Shown here piece by piece: positions 9,871-19,663 of a DNA stretch of 64,000 nucleotides. This DNA comes from Nitrospirota bacterium (lineage in GTDB: Bacteria; Nitrospirota; JACRHJ01): assembly GCA_963845245.1 (NCBI GenBank), contig CAWJRJ010000024.1, positions 64,001 through 128,000 of the forward strand, written 5' to 3'. Position 1 is the stretch's first letter; every line of letters starts with the position of its first letter. The position numbers and the translations under genes were made by a program. A model generated the notes under the pieces. It searched no databases, was not told the DNA's origin, and saw nothing but the letters and a program-made list of their open reading frames with translations.

Positions 9871-10917
9871 ATGAGAAAGAAAATTGGCATCCTGACAGGG
9901 GGCGGAGATTGTCCCGGGCTCAACGCCGTTATCAGGGCGGTCTTCAGGAGGGCAGAGCAGTTCGATTACGACGTGATCGGCATCAAGGACGGCTGGAAGG
10001 GCCTGATGGAGATGGACTACGAGCCCCTCTGCCGCAATAATGTATCGGGCATCCACCTCTTCGGCGGCACGATACTCGGCACGTCGCGCACCAACCCGTT
10101 CAAGAAGGAAAACGGGGCCGAGATCGTAGCCGAGAACATGAAGAAGATGGACCTTTACGCGCTGGTTGCGGTTGGCGGCGACGACACCCTGGGGGTATGC
10201 AACAAGCTCTCAAAGATGGGGCTGAACACGGTCGGCGTGCCAAAGACGATAGACAACGACCTCTCTGCCACCGACGTCACCTTCGGTTACGACACAGCGG
10301 TCTCGATTGCCACGGAATGCATAGACCGCCTACATACCACAGCCGAATCGCACCACCGCACGCTGGTGGTGGAGATAATGGGCCGCCATGCCGGCTGGAT
10401 AACCTGTGCGTCCGGCATCGCCGGCGGCGCTGACATGATACTCGTTCCCGAGGAGCCTTTCAATATTGTCGAGGTCTGCGACGTCCTGAAGAAGCGCTTC
10501 GCGCGCGGCAAGAGGTTCAACATTGTCGCCGTGTCCGAGGGTGCCAAGTTCTCCGATGCTCCGGGTGTCGAGGGCAGCATGGTACTCCAGACCGCCGAGA
10601 AGGACGCCTTCGGGAACGTGCGCCTGGGCGGTATAGCCAACATCCTTGCATCCGAGATCGAGCAGAGGACCGGCTTTGAAACCAGGTCCGTCATACTGGG
10701 CCACCTCCAGAGGGGCGGTACGCCGACTGCATTCGACCGTATCCTGGCCACAAGGTTCGGCGTCAAGGCGGTGGACATGGTGCATAACGGCGAGTTCGGC
10801 AAGATGGTCGCCATCCAGGGGACCAAGATGGTCGCGGTACCGCTAGAAGAGGCGGTAGGCAAGACCAAGACGCTCGACATGGACGTCTACGAGACAGCGA
10901 AGATATTCTTCGGTTAG
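9871..10917 (+). CDS. Phosphofructokinase, predicted PPi-dependent
   Basis: TGGGDCPG, GGDDT (Asp104 equivalent), PKTIDND (Lys124 equivalent), MGR. Confidence 0.9.
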   Translation: MRKKIGILTGGGDCPGLNAVIRAVFRRAEQFDYDVIGIKDGWKGLMEMDYEPLCRNNVSGIHLFGGTILGTSRTNPFKKENGAEIVAENMKKMDLYALVAVGGDDTLGVCNKLSKMGLNTVGVPKTIDNDLSATDVTFGYDTAVSIATECIDRLHTTAESHHRTLVVEIMGRHAGWITCASGIAGGADMILVPEEPFNIVEVCDVLKKRFARGKRFNIVAVSEGAKFSDAPGVEGSMVLQTAEKDAFGNVRLGGIANILASEIEQRTGFETRSVILGHLQRGGTPTAFDRILATRFGVKAVDMVHNGEFGKMVAIQGTKMVAVPLEEAVGKTKTLDMDVYETAKIFFG

Positions 10918-10938
10918 CCTTGCAGTAACGGAGGTGCG

Positions 10939-11904
10939 ATGAAGAAGATAGGCATCCTCACATCCGGGGGCGACTCCTCGGGCATGAACGCCGCTATTAG
11001 AAGCGTGGTCAGCACTGCGCTCCAGAACGGCATTGCCGTGGTGGGCTTCATACAGGGCTACCAGGGACTGATAGAGAACAATTTCTCCGATATGGACATG
11101 TCCGCCGTCGATGGCATTATCCAGCGGGGCGGGACGATCCTTCGTTCAGCCAGGTGCCTTGAGTTCAAGAGCGACTGGGGGCAGCGTACAGCCCTTGAGA
11201 ATATCGATAAGAACGGCATAGAGGGAATGGTCGTCATAGGCGGCGACGGTTCCCTGCACGGTGCACAGGTACTGCATGACCTGGGCGTGCCTGTAATAGG
11301 CATCCCCGCCTCGATAGACAACGACATCTACGGTACGGACATGGCCATCGGTGTAGACACCGCGCTGAACACGATCGTGCACGCGGTGGACAGCCTGAGG
11401 GACACAGCGTCGTCCCACGACCGCGCCTTCATACTCGAGGTCATGGGCAGAAGCTCAGGCTACCTCGCATTCACGTCCGGCATCGCATGCGCAGCCGAGG
11501 CCGTCATAATCCCGGAGGTCCCCTACAACCTCGAAGTAATCGGCGACCGGCTCCTCGAAGCAAAGCGGCGCGGCAAGACTAACAGCATCGTCATAGTCGC
11601 CGAGGGCGCCGCATCGGCATACGCCGTTGAGATGAAGCTTAAGTCTTTTGCGGGGTTCGAGACGAGGATAACCGTGCTGGGCCATCTGCAGAGGGGCGGA
11701 GAACCGACGGTGTTCGACCGGATTATTGCAACCCGCATGGGCGCGGCGGCGGTGAAGCGGCTCAATGCAGGAGAGCGCGGTGTTATGGTAGGTCATGTAA
11801 AGAACGAGATAGCATCGACGCCTTTCAACGAGGTGTTCGCGAACAAGAAGGTGCTCGAAGAAAAAAGTCTCGCCCAGGCGAGGGTGCTGGCCGGCGGTCA
11901 ATAG
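10939..11904 (+). CDS. pfkA: ATP-dependent 6-phosphofructokinase
   Basis: TSGGDSSGMN, GGDGS, PASIDND, MGR, GHLQRGG. Confidence 0.93.
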   Translation: MKKIGILTSGGDSSGMNAAIRSVVSTALQNGIAVVGFIQGYQGLIENNFSDMDMSAVDGIIQRGGTILRSARCLEFKSDWGQRTALENIDKNGIEGMVVIGGDGSLHGAQVLHDLGVPVIGIPASIDNDIYGTDMAIGVDTALNTIVHAVDSLRDTASSHDRAFILEVMGRSSGYLAFTSGIACAAEAVIIPEVPYNLEVIGDRLLEAKRRGKTNSIVIVAEGAASAYAVEMKLKSFAGFETRITVLGHLQRGGEPTVFDRIIATRMGAAAVKRLNAGERGVMVGHVKNEIASTPFNEVFANKKVLEEKSLAQARVLAGGQ

Positions 11905-11925
11905 CTATAACTGAGGGCTTTTACA

Positions 11926-12642
11926 ATGGCTGAGAACATAGACGAGCTGTACATGCGCGGCAGGGAGGCATTCGACAAGCAGGATTTCAAGGAGGCGGAA
12001 CGGTGTTTCCTTGAGGTCGTGAAGACGCGCCCGTACGCGGACGTCTTCAACAAGCTGGGCCAGATCTTCTACAACAAGGGAGAACTGGGCAAAGCCGCAT
12101 CGGCCTTCAAGAAGGCGCTGGAGATAAACCCCAGCTACACGGAGGTATCGCTGAACCTCGCTGTCACGCTGAACGACATGGGCCGCTACAACGAGGCGGG
12201 CGAGATATTCAGCAAGGCAGCCAAGATCGCCCACAGCGCCCCCTACACGCTCGACCCGTACATAAAAGGGAAACTCGCCAACGAGCACGCGAAGATCGGC
12301 GACATGTACTACGACCTCGGTCTTTACGGCGAGGCGGTCGAGGAATACAAGAAGTCCATAAAGCTTCGCCCCACATTCATTGACATACTCACAAAGATCG
12401 GTATCGCGTACCGCGAGAAGGGCCTCTACAACGAGGCCATCCGCGAGTTCATGAAGGCCAAGGAGATAAACCCCAAGTACATCCCGGCCCGCATCAACCT
12501 GGGCATCACCTATTACATGAAGGGCTTCATAGACATGGCCGTCTCCGAGTGGAACGAGGCCCTGAAGGTGAGCCCGGACAACACCGACGCCCTCATGTAC
12601 CTCAAGTTCGTGCAGTCCGAGAATGAAGAAACCACCCTTTAG
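11926..12642 (+). CDS. Cytoplasmic TPR-repeat protein
   Basis: About 6 canonical TPR repeats. Confidence 0.87.
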   Translation: MAENIDELYMRGREAFDKQDFKEAERCFLEVVKTRPYADVFNKLGQIFYNKGELGKAASAFKKALEINPSYTEVSLNLAVTLNDMGRYNEAGEIFSKAAKIAHSAPYTLDPYIKGKLANEHAKIGDMYYDLGLYGEAVEEYKKSIKLRPTFIDILTKIGIAYREKGLYNEAIREFMKAKEINPKYIPARINLGITYYMKGFIDMAVSEWNEALKVSPDNTDALMYLKFVQSENEETTL

Positions 12643-12662
12643 CCCGCAGGAAGCCTGTACCA

Positions 12663-13639
12663 ATGACTGAACCGTTATTGTCGGTAAGGGGGCTTAAAAC
12701 TGCCTTCAAGACCCGCGAGGGCGTCTTCAACGCCGTCGACGGCGTCAGCTTCGACGTCTCACAAGGGCGAGGTGCTTGGCCTTGTGGGCGAGTCGGGCTG
12801 CGGCAAGAGCGTCACGGCGCTGTCCATCCTCCGCATTCTCCCGGACCCGCCCGGAAAGGTGGCGGGTGGCGAGGTGTTCTTCGAGGGGCGCGACCTGCTC
12901 AAGCTCCCCGAGCCCGAGATGCGCAAGGTGCGCGGCGGCGGCATCGGGATGGTGTTCCAGGAGCCGATGACATCGCTCAACCCGGTCTTCACGGTGGGCG
13001 AGCAGGTGGCCGAGCCGCTGATGGTGCACAAGGGCATGGCACAAGGACGCCGCGCTCAAGCGCGTCGCGGAGCTTTTCGACCTGGTCGGCCTGCCCGAGC
13101 CCGGACGGCTTGTCTCCACCTACCCTCACCAGCTCTCGGGCGGGATGCGCCAGCGGGTGATGATAGCGATGGCGATATCCTGCGAGCCGCGCCTCATCAT
13201 TGCGGACGAGCCGACCACCGCGCTCGACGTCACCATCCAGGCCCAGATACTGGAACTTTTAAACGACATCCGAAAGAAGTTCAATACGGCCGTGATACTC
13301 ATCACGCACGACCTGGGCATCATCGCGCAGATGGCGGACCGCGTCGCGGTGATGTATGCCGGGCGCATAGTCGAGTACACGAAGACGGACGACATATTCT
13401 ACGACCCGCTCCACCCCTACACCGAGGGGCTGCTTGCGTCCATACCGAAGCCGGGCGAGAAGCTGCACCGTCTGAAGGCAATTCCCGGCATGGTGCCGAA
13501 GCTCTCCGACCTCCCGAAGGGCTGCAAGTTCTTTCCGCGCTGCACGGTGTCGAAACCTGAGTACGAGGAGCGGGAGCCGGAGCTGGTCGAGGTAAAGCCG
13601 GGCCATTTCGTAAGGTGCTTCAGGGCACAGGGCAGATAA
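12663..13639 (+). CDS. oppD: Oligopeptide/dipeptide ABC transporter ATPase; frameshifts near 12762 and 13040
   Basis: [28 protein letters not shown] and the HPYT...GCKF.PRC tail, spread over three frames. Confidence 0.88.
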
Positions 13640-13660
13640 ATCAAAACAACGGAGGTGCAA

Positions 13661-14083
13661 ATGTTCAAGAGAGGTTTTATCAAATTAGTTGTACTGGCCG
13701 CCGTGCTTGTACTGATCCCCACATTCGTAATCGCAAAGGAGAAGAAAGTGACCAGACCTGACGGACTTGTAATCGAGGAACTTAAAGTGGGCACCGGCGC
13801 CGAGGCAAAGAAAGGGCAGACCGTGACCGTGCATTACACAGGCTGGCTGACGAACGGCACCAAGTTCGACTCAAGCGTTGACAGGCACGAGCCGTTTGTG
13901 TTCCACCTTGGCGCTGGCGAAGTCATCAAGGGCTGGGACGAAGGCGTACAGGGCATGAAGGTCGGCGGCAAGCGCAAGCTCACCATACCGGCGGCACTCG
14001 GCTATGGCGCACGCGGTGCAGGCGGCGCGATACCGCCCAACGCGACACTCGTCTTCGACGTCGAGCTTCTGAAAGTTCAGTAG
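13661..14083 (+). CDS. FKBP-type peptidyl-prolyl isomerase with signal peptide
   Basis: VHYTGWL, FDSS, VIKGWDEG, IPPNATLVFDVELL. Confidence 0.95.
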   Translation: MFKRGFIKLVVLAAVLVLIPTFVIAKEKKVTRPDGLVIEELKVGTGAEAKKGQTVTVHYTGWLTNGTKFDSSVDRHEPFVFHLGAGEVIKGWDEGVQGMKVGGKRKLTIPAALGYGARGAGGAIPPNATLVFDVELLKVQ

Positions 14084-14102
14084 CCGGTTTTACGAAAGGA
14101 TA

Positions 14103-14266
14103 TAACGTAACGGGGGCTGTTTCAGGACTGTCAATGTGAGGCCATCTACAAGTTATTCGAAGGCGGATTACCAAATACGCTTCTTATTGCGTCTCTGCCG
14201 AAGCCGTCGTATTACTTGTAGAGGCCGAATCTTTTTGACGGGCCGTGAATAGCCCCCTTTACGTTA
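14103..14266. repeat. 164-nt imperfect inverted repeat (structured RNA or MITE)
   Basis: Nested pairings taacgtaa/ttacgtta, gggggctgtt/aatagccccc, tgtcaa/ttgacg, ggcc/ggcc, tctacaagt/acttgtaga. Confidence 0.7.
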
Positions 14267-14272
14267 ACGATT

Positions 14273-15010
14273 ATGGAAACAGAGAAGATACGACTCTCAA
14301 AACTTATGTCCCAGCGCGGCATCTGCTCGCGCCGCGAGGCCGACGCCTTTATAGAGCGCGGCTTCGTTTACGTTGACGGTGAACGTGTGGATGTCCTCGG
14401 TACGAAGGTGGATCCGGACTGCGAGGTTGTGCTCGACGAGCGCGCGAGGCGTGAGCAGACAAAGCTGGTCACCATCCTCATGAACAAACCTGTCGGGTAC
14501 GTATCAGGGCTTCCGGAGAAAGGCTACAAGCCGGCCGTCTCGCTTATCACCGCGGAAAACCACTACGCCAGGGACAAGTCGCCGATCAAGTTCTCATCCA
14601 TGCAGACGATGGGGCTTGCCCCGGCGGGCAGGCTGGACATAGACTCTATTGGCTTGATCGTATTCACCCAGGACGGACGGATCGCCAAAGAACTTATAGG
14701 TGAGGGTTCCGGCATCGAGAAGGAGTACCTCGTCCGTGTGGAGGGTGAACTTTCAGATGAAGGCTTTCAGCTCTTGAACCACGGCCTGAGACTGGACGGA
14801 AAGCCCCTTAAGCCTGCCCATGTGAGATGGCTGAACTACGACCAGCTCCGGTTCATCCTGACTGAGGGCAAGAAGCGGCAGATCCGCCGTATGTGCGAGC
14901 TTGTCGGGCTGAAGGTGACAGGGCTTAAACGCGTGAGGATTGGAAATGTAATGCTGGGCGACCTTCCCGTGGGGCAATGGCGCTACCTGCTTGACACCGA
15001 GAAGTTCTGA
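14273..15010 (+). CDS. rRNA pseudouridine synthase, RsuA/RluB/E/F family with S4 domain
   Basis: [26 protein letters not shown]. Confidence 0.93.
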   Translation: METEKIRLSKLMSQRGICSRREADAFIERGFVYVDGERVDVLGTKVDPDCEVVLDERARREQTKLVTILMNKPVGYVSGLPEKGYKPAVSLITAENHYARDKSPIKFSSMQTMGLAPAGRLDIDSIGLIVFTQDGRIAKELIGEGSGIEKEYLVRVEGELSDEGFQLLNHGLRLDGKPLKPAHVRWLNYDQLRFILTEGKKRQIRRMCELVGLKVTGLKRVRIGNVMLGDLPVGQWRYLLDTEKF

Positions 15011-15014
15011 AGAC

Positions 15015-15097
15015 AAAAAAATACGGCGATTCCTACGTACCACCGCAATCTGGGGGAGGGGGTTAAATACGTTGGTTTCGCCGTATATTTGGATATG
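15015..15097 (-). ncRNA. Candidate small RNA with C-rich loop
   Basis: Extended -10 TGgTATATT at 15111-15103 (minus strand), stem atacggcga/tcgccgtat enclosing CCCCCUCCCCC, ending in U7. Confidence 0.4.
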
Positions 15098-15196
15098 ATT
15101 TCAATATACCATAAGATTCCATTTTTGTCCTTCGTCTGAGACTTTATTACAAGTATTCTGAATAAATTTGCAAGTCCATACTACTTAAGGGTTATT

Positions 15197-16219
15197 TCAG
15201 GGTTTAACCGGGGTTGTTTCAATCCCCTTGAACCTGCCGGTTCCGAAGATCTTCCCTTCCGAATCCACCATCAGCGTCTCGATCTCAGGGTGTGCCAAGG
15301 CAAACGCCTTCGCCTTTTCAGGGCCCATGACGAACATCTTCGTCATTGAGTCAGCCATCCATGACTGTTTGGCGATAACGGTCACACTTATCAGCCCCCT
15401 GGCAGGATAACCTGTTTTCGGGTCGAGTATGTGGTGGTACCGTACACCGTCCTTGATGAAGAACCGTTCGTAGTCGCCTGATGTCGATGTGGCCGCGTCG
15501 GTAATCTCAACCTTCGCAAGCACGCCGTCCTTCACACGCGGGTGCTGGATCCCGACAGTCCACGGGCTTCCGTCGGGCCGCCTGCCGAAGAGCTTCAGGT
15601 CTCCCGCCACAGCCACGATGCCTCCCTTCACACCCCTTTTCTTCATCGCCTCGACGGCCATGTCCGCCGCGTATCCCTTGGCAATCCCGCCCAGGTCTAT
15701 CGACATACCCTTCTTCTTTAAAAAGACGGTGCCAGCCTCCCTGTCCACCACTATGTTCTCGTAACCGACAAGCTGGAGCGCCTTTTTAATTTCGGCAGGG
15801 TCAGGAACATGAGCATCGTCGCTGCCAATCTTCCATAGCCTTACGACCGGCCCGACCGTCGGGTCGAACGCGCCTCCCGTCAGCCTGGCAGTCTTTACTG
15901 CGTCTTCCACGTTGTCGATTACCTCTGAGTCCACCTTGACCGGCGCAATGCCCGCGTTAGCGTTTATCTGGCTAAGCTGCGACTCGGGTTTGTACGTGCT
16001 CATCAGCGCATCGACACGGTTGATCTCGGCGAAGCCCGCGTTCACCGCGTCCAGGACCTGTTTGTCCGGGAGGCCGTCCTTCACGGCTGTGATGGTCACA
16101 TATGTGCCCATAATCACGCGGGTATCTTTGTAGAGTGAGTCCGCGCGGGTGCATGCGGATAAAACCGCCACGGCAATAACAATAAGAAGAAACACTATAA
16201 TTTTTAGTATTTTTGCCAT
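15197..16219 (-). CDS. apbE: FAD:protein FMN transferase lipoprotein
   Basis: Lipobox LSAC; MGT, FDPTVGP, DLGGIAKGYA, TSGDYER, HHILDP. Confidence 0.95.
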   Translation of the reverse strand: MAKILKIIVFLLIVIAVAVLSACTRADSLYKDTRVIMGTYVTITAVKDGLPDKQVLDAVNAGFAEINRVDALMSTYKPESQLSQINANAGIAPVKVDSEVIDNVEDAVKTARLTGGAFDPTVGPVVRLWKIGSDDAHVPDPAEIKKALQLVGYENIVVDREAGTVFLKKKGMSIDLGGIAKGYAADMAVEAMKKRGVKGGIVAVAGDLKLFGRRPDGSPWTVGIQHPRVKDGVLAKVEITDAATSTSGDYERFFIKDGVRYHHILDPKTGYPARGLISVTVIAKQSWMADSMTKMFVMGPEKAKAFALAHPEIETLMVDSEGKIFGTGRFKGIETTPVKP

Positions 16220-16394
16220 AATTATTTATTCCTTGGTAAACGCTAAATGTAAATCTACTTTGCCTTAATATCAAGCAAATAATTTCCATCCCCGACTTTA
16301 GCCCGGCCAATAACTAACTCCTTGATTTCCCATGCGCCGCTATGATATCCTTCAAAGGTATTTTGTTTAAAACAACAACCCCGAGGTCCAAGGA

Positions 16395-17354
16395 ATGAAG
16401 AAGTTATTAGCCCTTATGGTTTTTTCCGCAGCACTCTTCTCCGCGCGCTCAGGCGTCTGCGCAACAGAGATAGACCGCATCGTCGCGATAGTCGGCCCTG
16501 ATGCCGTAACGCTCAGCGAAGTTCAGACCGAGATGGCGCCCGCCCTGGCGGACCTCAACCAGCGCTACCGCGGCGCGGAGCTCGCCAATGCCATCGACAG
16601 GCTCAAGAGAAGCACGCTGAACAGCTTAATAGACAAGCACCTCCAGATACAGGAGGCCAAGGTTCAGGGTATAGAGGTGACGGACGAAGAGGTGAACGGG
16701 GCCATCGACGATATCATGAAACGGAACAAGCTGGACAAGGATGGCTTCACTGCGGCACTGGCTAGCGAAGGATACACCTTCAACGATTACAAAAAGACGC
16801 TTGGCGACCAGCTTCTGACCATGAGACTGGTCGGGCGCGCCATCAAGTCAAAGATCAGCTTAAAAGAGGAAGAGATCGTAAACTACTTCAACCAGAACAA
16901 GGCAAAGTTCAGCCAGGCGGAGACTGTACGGGTTGCCAACATACTTTTCCCTGTAAAAGGGAACGACATGGACGCCGCCTTGAAGGATGCGCAGGACGCA
17001 CGCGCCAAGATTATGGCGGGCACTCCTTTCGAGGAGATGGCCGCTACCTGTACGGGAAACCCGGGCGCCGCAAAGTCTTGTGTACTTGGCTCATTCAAAC
17101 GGGGAGACCTTTCCCCTGACCTCGAGGCGAAGGCATTTTCAATGGCTGCCGGCGAGGTAAGCGAGCCTTTAAAGACCGACAAGGGCTACCAGCTTGTCAA
17201 GATCATGGAGAAGACACCCGCCAAGGACGCAAAGCTCGAAGACGTCCGCTCCCAGATAGTCGAGGAGCTTTCCTCGAAGCAGGGCGAGACCCTTTTTGCG
17301 GAATGGCTTCAGGAGCTTCGGAAGCATACATACGTCGAGATAAGAAGCTTCTAA
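16395..17354 (+). CDS. SurA/PrsA-like parvulin chaperone
   Basis: Signal peptide, IDRIVAIV SurA N-domain, parvulin-like domain, WLQELRKHTYVEI terminus. Confidence 0.87.
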   Translation: MKKLLALMVFSAALFSARSGVCATEIDRIVAIVGPDAVTLSEVQTEMAPALADLNQRYRGAELANAIDRLKRSTLNSLIDKHLQIQEAKVQGIEVTDEEVNGAIDDIMKRNKLDKDGFTAALASEGYTFNDYKKTLGDQLLTMRLVGRAIKSKISLKEEEIVNYFNQNKAKFSQAETVRVANILFPVKGNDMDAALKDAQDARAKIMAGTPFEEMAATCTGNPGAAKSCVLGSFKRGDLSPDLEAKAFSMAAGEVSEPLKTDKGYQLVKIMEKTPAKDAKLEDVRSQIVEELSSKQGETLFAEWLQELRKHTYVEIRSF

Positions 17355-17383
17355 CCGCGCCAGAAGCGTTGGTTTTCATACCC

Positions 17384-17416
17384 GGGACGCGGCAATACCG
17401 CGTCCTTTTGTTTTTT
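17384..17416 (+). terminator. Intrinsic terminator
   Basis: ggacgcgg-caata-ccgcgtcc followed by a T-run. Confidence 0.8.
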
Positions 17417-17437
17417 CGGATGCGAAACATTTTTCCA

Positions 17438-17463
17438 GGGCCGACGCACAGGTCGGCCCCTGC
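17438..17463 (-). repeat. Degenerate single REP copy
   Basis: Reverse complement gcaggggccgacctgtgcgtcggccc resembles the REP at 7869. Confidence 0.7.
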
Positions 17464-17478
17464 AATAAGGAGTAAACC

Positions 17479-18652
17479 ATTAAGACATTAAAGCTTAAAA
17501 GAAAAGAAGACAGGCGCCTCAGGCGCGGCCACCCCTGGGCGTTCTCAAACGAGTTTGAGACCCCGTTTACGGGCATTGCCCCGGGCGATGTCGTCGAGGT
17601 GGTCTGACCACTCAGGCAGCTTCGTCGGCATAGGCTACGCAAACCCGCACTCCCTGATTGCCGTCAGGCTCCTGACGCGCGAACGTGAGGAGACCGGCCC
17701 TGCATTTATCCACCAGAGGGTGGAGCTTGCCAAAAGGCTTCGCGACCAGCTTTATCCCGGCCACGAATCCTGCCGAGTCTTTTTTTCGGAATCAGACCTT
17801 CTACCCGGCCTCGTAGTAGACCGCTACGGTAAGCACCTGTGCGTGCAATCCCTTACCGCGGGCGTAGAACGGCTTATGCCCACCATACTGGACGCACTCA
17901 TTGAAGCATACGCGCCGGAGGGGATAATACTGCGTAACGACACCGGCCTCAGGCAACTCGAAGGCCTCCCTCTTGAGAAAAAACTTGCCTATGGCAGATA
18001 TGACGGGCCAGTGGATGTGGAAATCGGCGGTCTTCGATTCAACGTAGACCTGATGGAAGGCCAGAAGACAGGGTTCTTCCTGGACCAGGTGGACAACTAC
18101 TCGGTCCTGGACACAATATCCGAAGGAACCGAGGCGCTCGACCTCTTCTGCCATACAGGAGCGTGGGCAATGGCGGCGGTAAAGAACGGCGCCGCAAACT
18201 GTATCGGCATTGACTCTTCTGCGCAGGCGCTCGACACGGCGATGTCGAACGCTAAACTCAACGGCCTGGATGACAGGTTGAGCTTTGTCCGTGAGGACGT
18301 TTTTGGCGCGCTCAAGAGACTTGGGGGCGAAGGCAGGAAGTATGGTCTGATAATCTCGGACCCGCCCGCCTTCATCAAGAGCCGGTCCAAGATTGCGGAA
18401 GGCCTCAAGGGATACAGGGACCTCAATACGAGGGTAATGAGGCTTGTAAAGCCTGGAGGCTGGCTTGTCAGCTGTTCGTGCTCGCACCACATGGACCGCG
18501 AGACCTTCCTTGAGGTGCTTCGCTCGGCAGCGGCCGGCGCGGGAAGGACCGTTAGGATGGCTGAGTTTCGTTCGCAGTCCAAAGACCATCCGGTGTTGCT
18601 TGCCGCCCAGGAGACCGAATACCTGAAATGCGCCCTGCTCCAGGTGCTTTGA
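17479..18652 (+). CDS. rlmI: RlmI-family SAM-dependent rRNA methyltransferase; ATT start, frameshift near 17605
   Basis: PUA-domain GHPWAFSNE in the upstream frame; SESDLLPGLVVD, GQKTGFFLDQ, DPPAF, YLKC. Confidence 0.87.
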
Positions 18653-18653
18653 G

Positions 18654-18941
18654 ATGAAGCTGCCCTCCTTGTTTGCCCCACTTTTTAAAAGCAGGTTTTC
18701 ATGGTACTACAGGCAGCGGTACTGGGTGAGGTTCGGGATCACATTCGGTATCGGGTGGCTCGGCGCACTGGCGCTGGCCCAGGCGTGGGCAGTTGCTGTG
18801 GGAGAAAAAAAAGAGGCCCTCCTCTTTTACGCTCCAGAGGGGGCCATCCTTATAGTCATATTCCTTGTAGTATTTATGGCAGAAGGTGCCATAATCGGCG
18901 CCGTGGTAGACATTGCAGCCTACATGAGGCGGCGGAAATGA
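18654..18941 (+). CDS. Small hypothetical membrane protein (2 TM)
   Basis: Starts 1 nt after the rlmI stop; two hydrophobic segments. Confidence 0.6.
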   Translation: MKLPSLFAPLFKSRFSWYYRQRYWVRFGITFGIGWLGALALAQAWAVAVGEKKEALLFYAPEGAILIVIFLVVFMAEGAIIGAVVDIAAYMRRRK

Positions 18942-19391
18942 TTACCTTCTCGCAACTCCCATGAATGCGGCAAGGCCTTCCATCTTCCTGTCGTCCATGT
19001 CGCAGAGGGCCTCCAGCATGCTCCTGCCCTTGTCCTCCATACGGAGAAGCCTGTCCACCGCTGAAAGGAGCCTCGGGTTTTCCTGCAGCCTCTTGAGGGT
19101 CTCATCGTTATAAGAGGTAGTGAAGCCACCGGTTGCAGGGGCTGAACTTCTGTAATCTGCGCCGGATATCTTTTCGCCCTTTCCTGTAAGTATCCAGTCT
19201 ATGCTGGCATTGGTCATGGAGGCGACCCCTTTAAGGAAGGCCAGAGAAGGCTTCGTGACCCCGTTTTCCACCTGTGATATATAGCCCTGGTCACAGCCTA
19301 TCCTGGAAGCCCAATCCTTCTGACGGTCATTTCCCCTCAACTCGCGAATCCTTCTCCCTATCTCCTGGTACACAAATCCTTTTGATGACAT
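18942..19391 (-). CDS. XRE-family HTH transcriptional regulator
   Basis: IGRRIRELR...QGYISQVENG...PS...SIDWILTG. Confidence 0.88.
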   Translation of the reverse strand: MSSKGFVYQEIGRRIRELRGNDRQKDWASRIGCDQGYISQVENGVTKPSLAFLKGVASMTNASIDWILTGKGEKISGADYRSSAPATGGFTTSYNDETLKRLQENPRLLSAVDRLLRMEDKGRSMLEALCDMDDRKMEGLAAFMGVARR

Positions 19392-19663
19392 TTTCCACCA
19401 CCTTGTCTATATTATTAACCTGCCTGAAATCTCGTGGAATCCAGGTACTCCCCTTCACAACCGACCTTATCTTATTTCCTCAATTATACTTATATTCCGG
19501 GGAAAAATCAACCGGAATATTATTTAAAAAGTATAAAATAACTAATCTCTCTAACCCTTATGGGTTATTATAACACAAGAATATCAAATTTCAATTATAA
19601 AATTGTACTAATGTCAATTTAAAAGTATTATAATATGACTGTTTTGTCAACCTGGAGGTTGAT

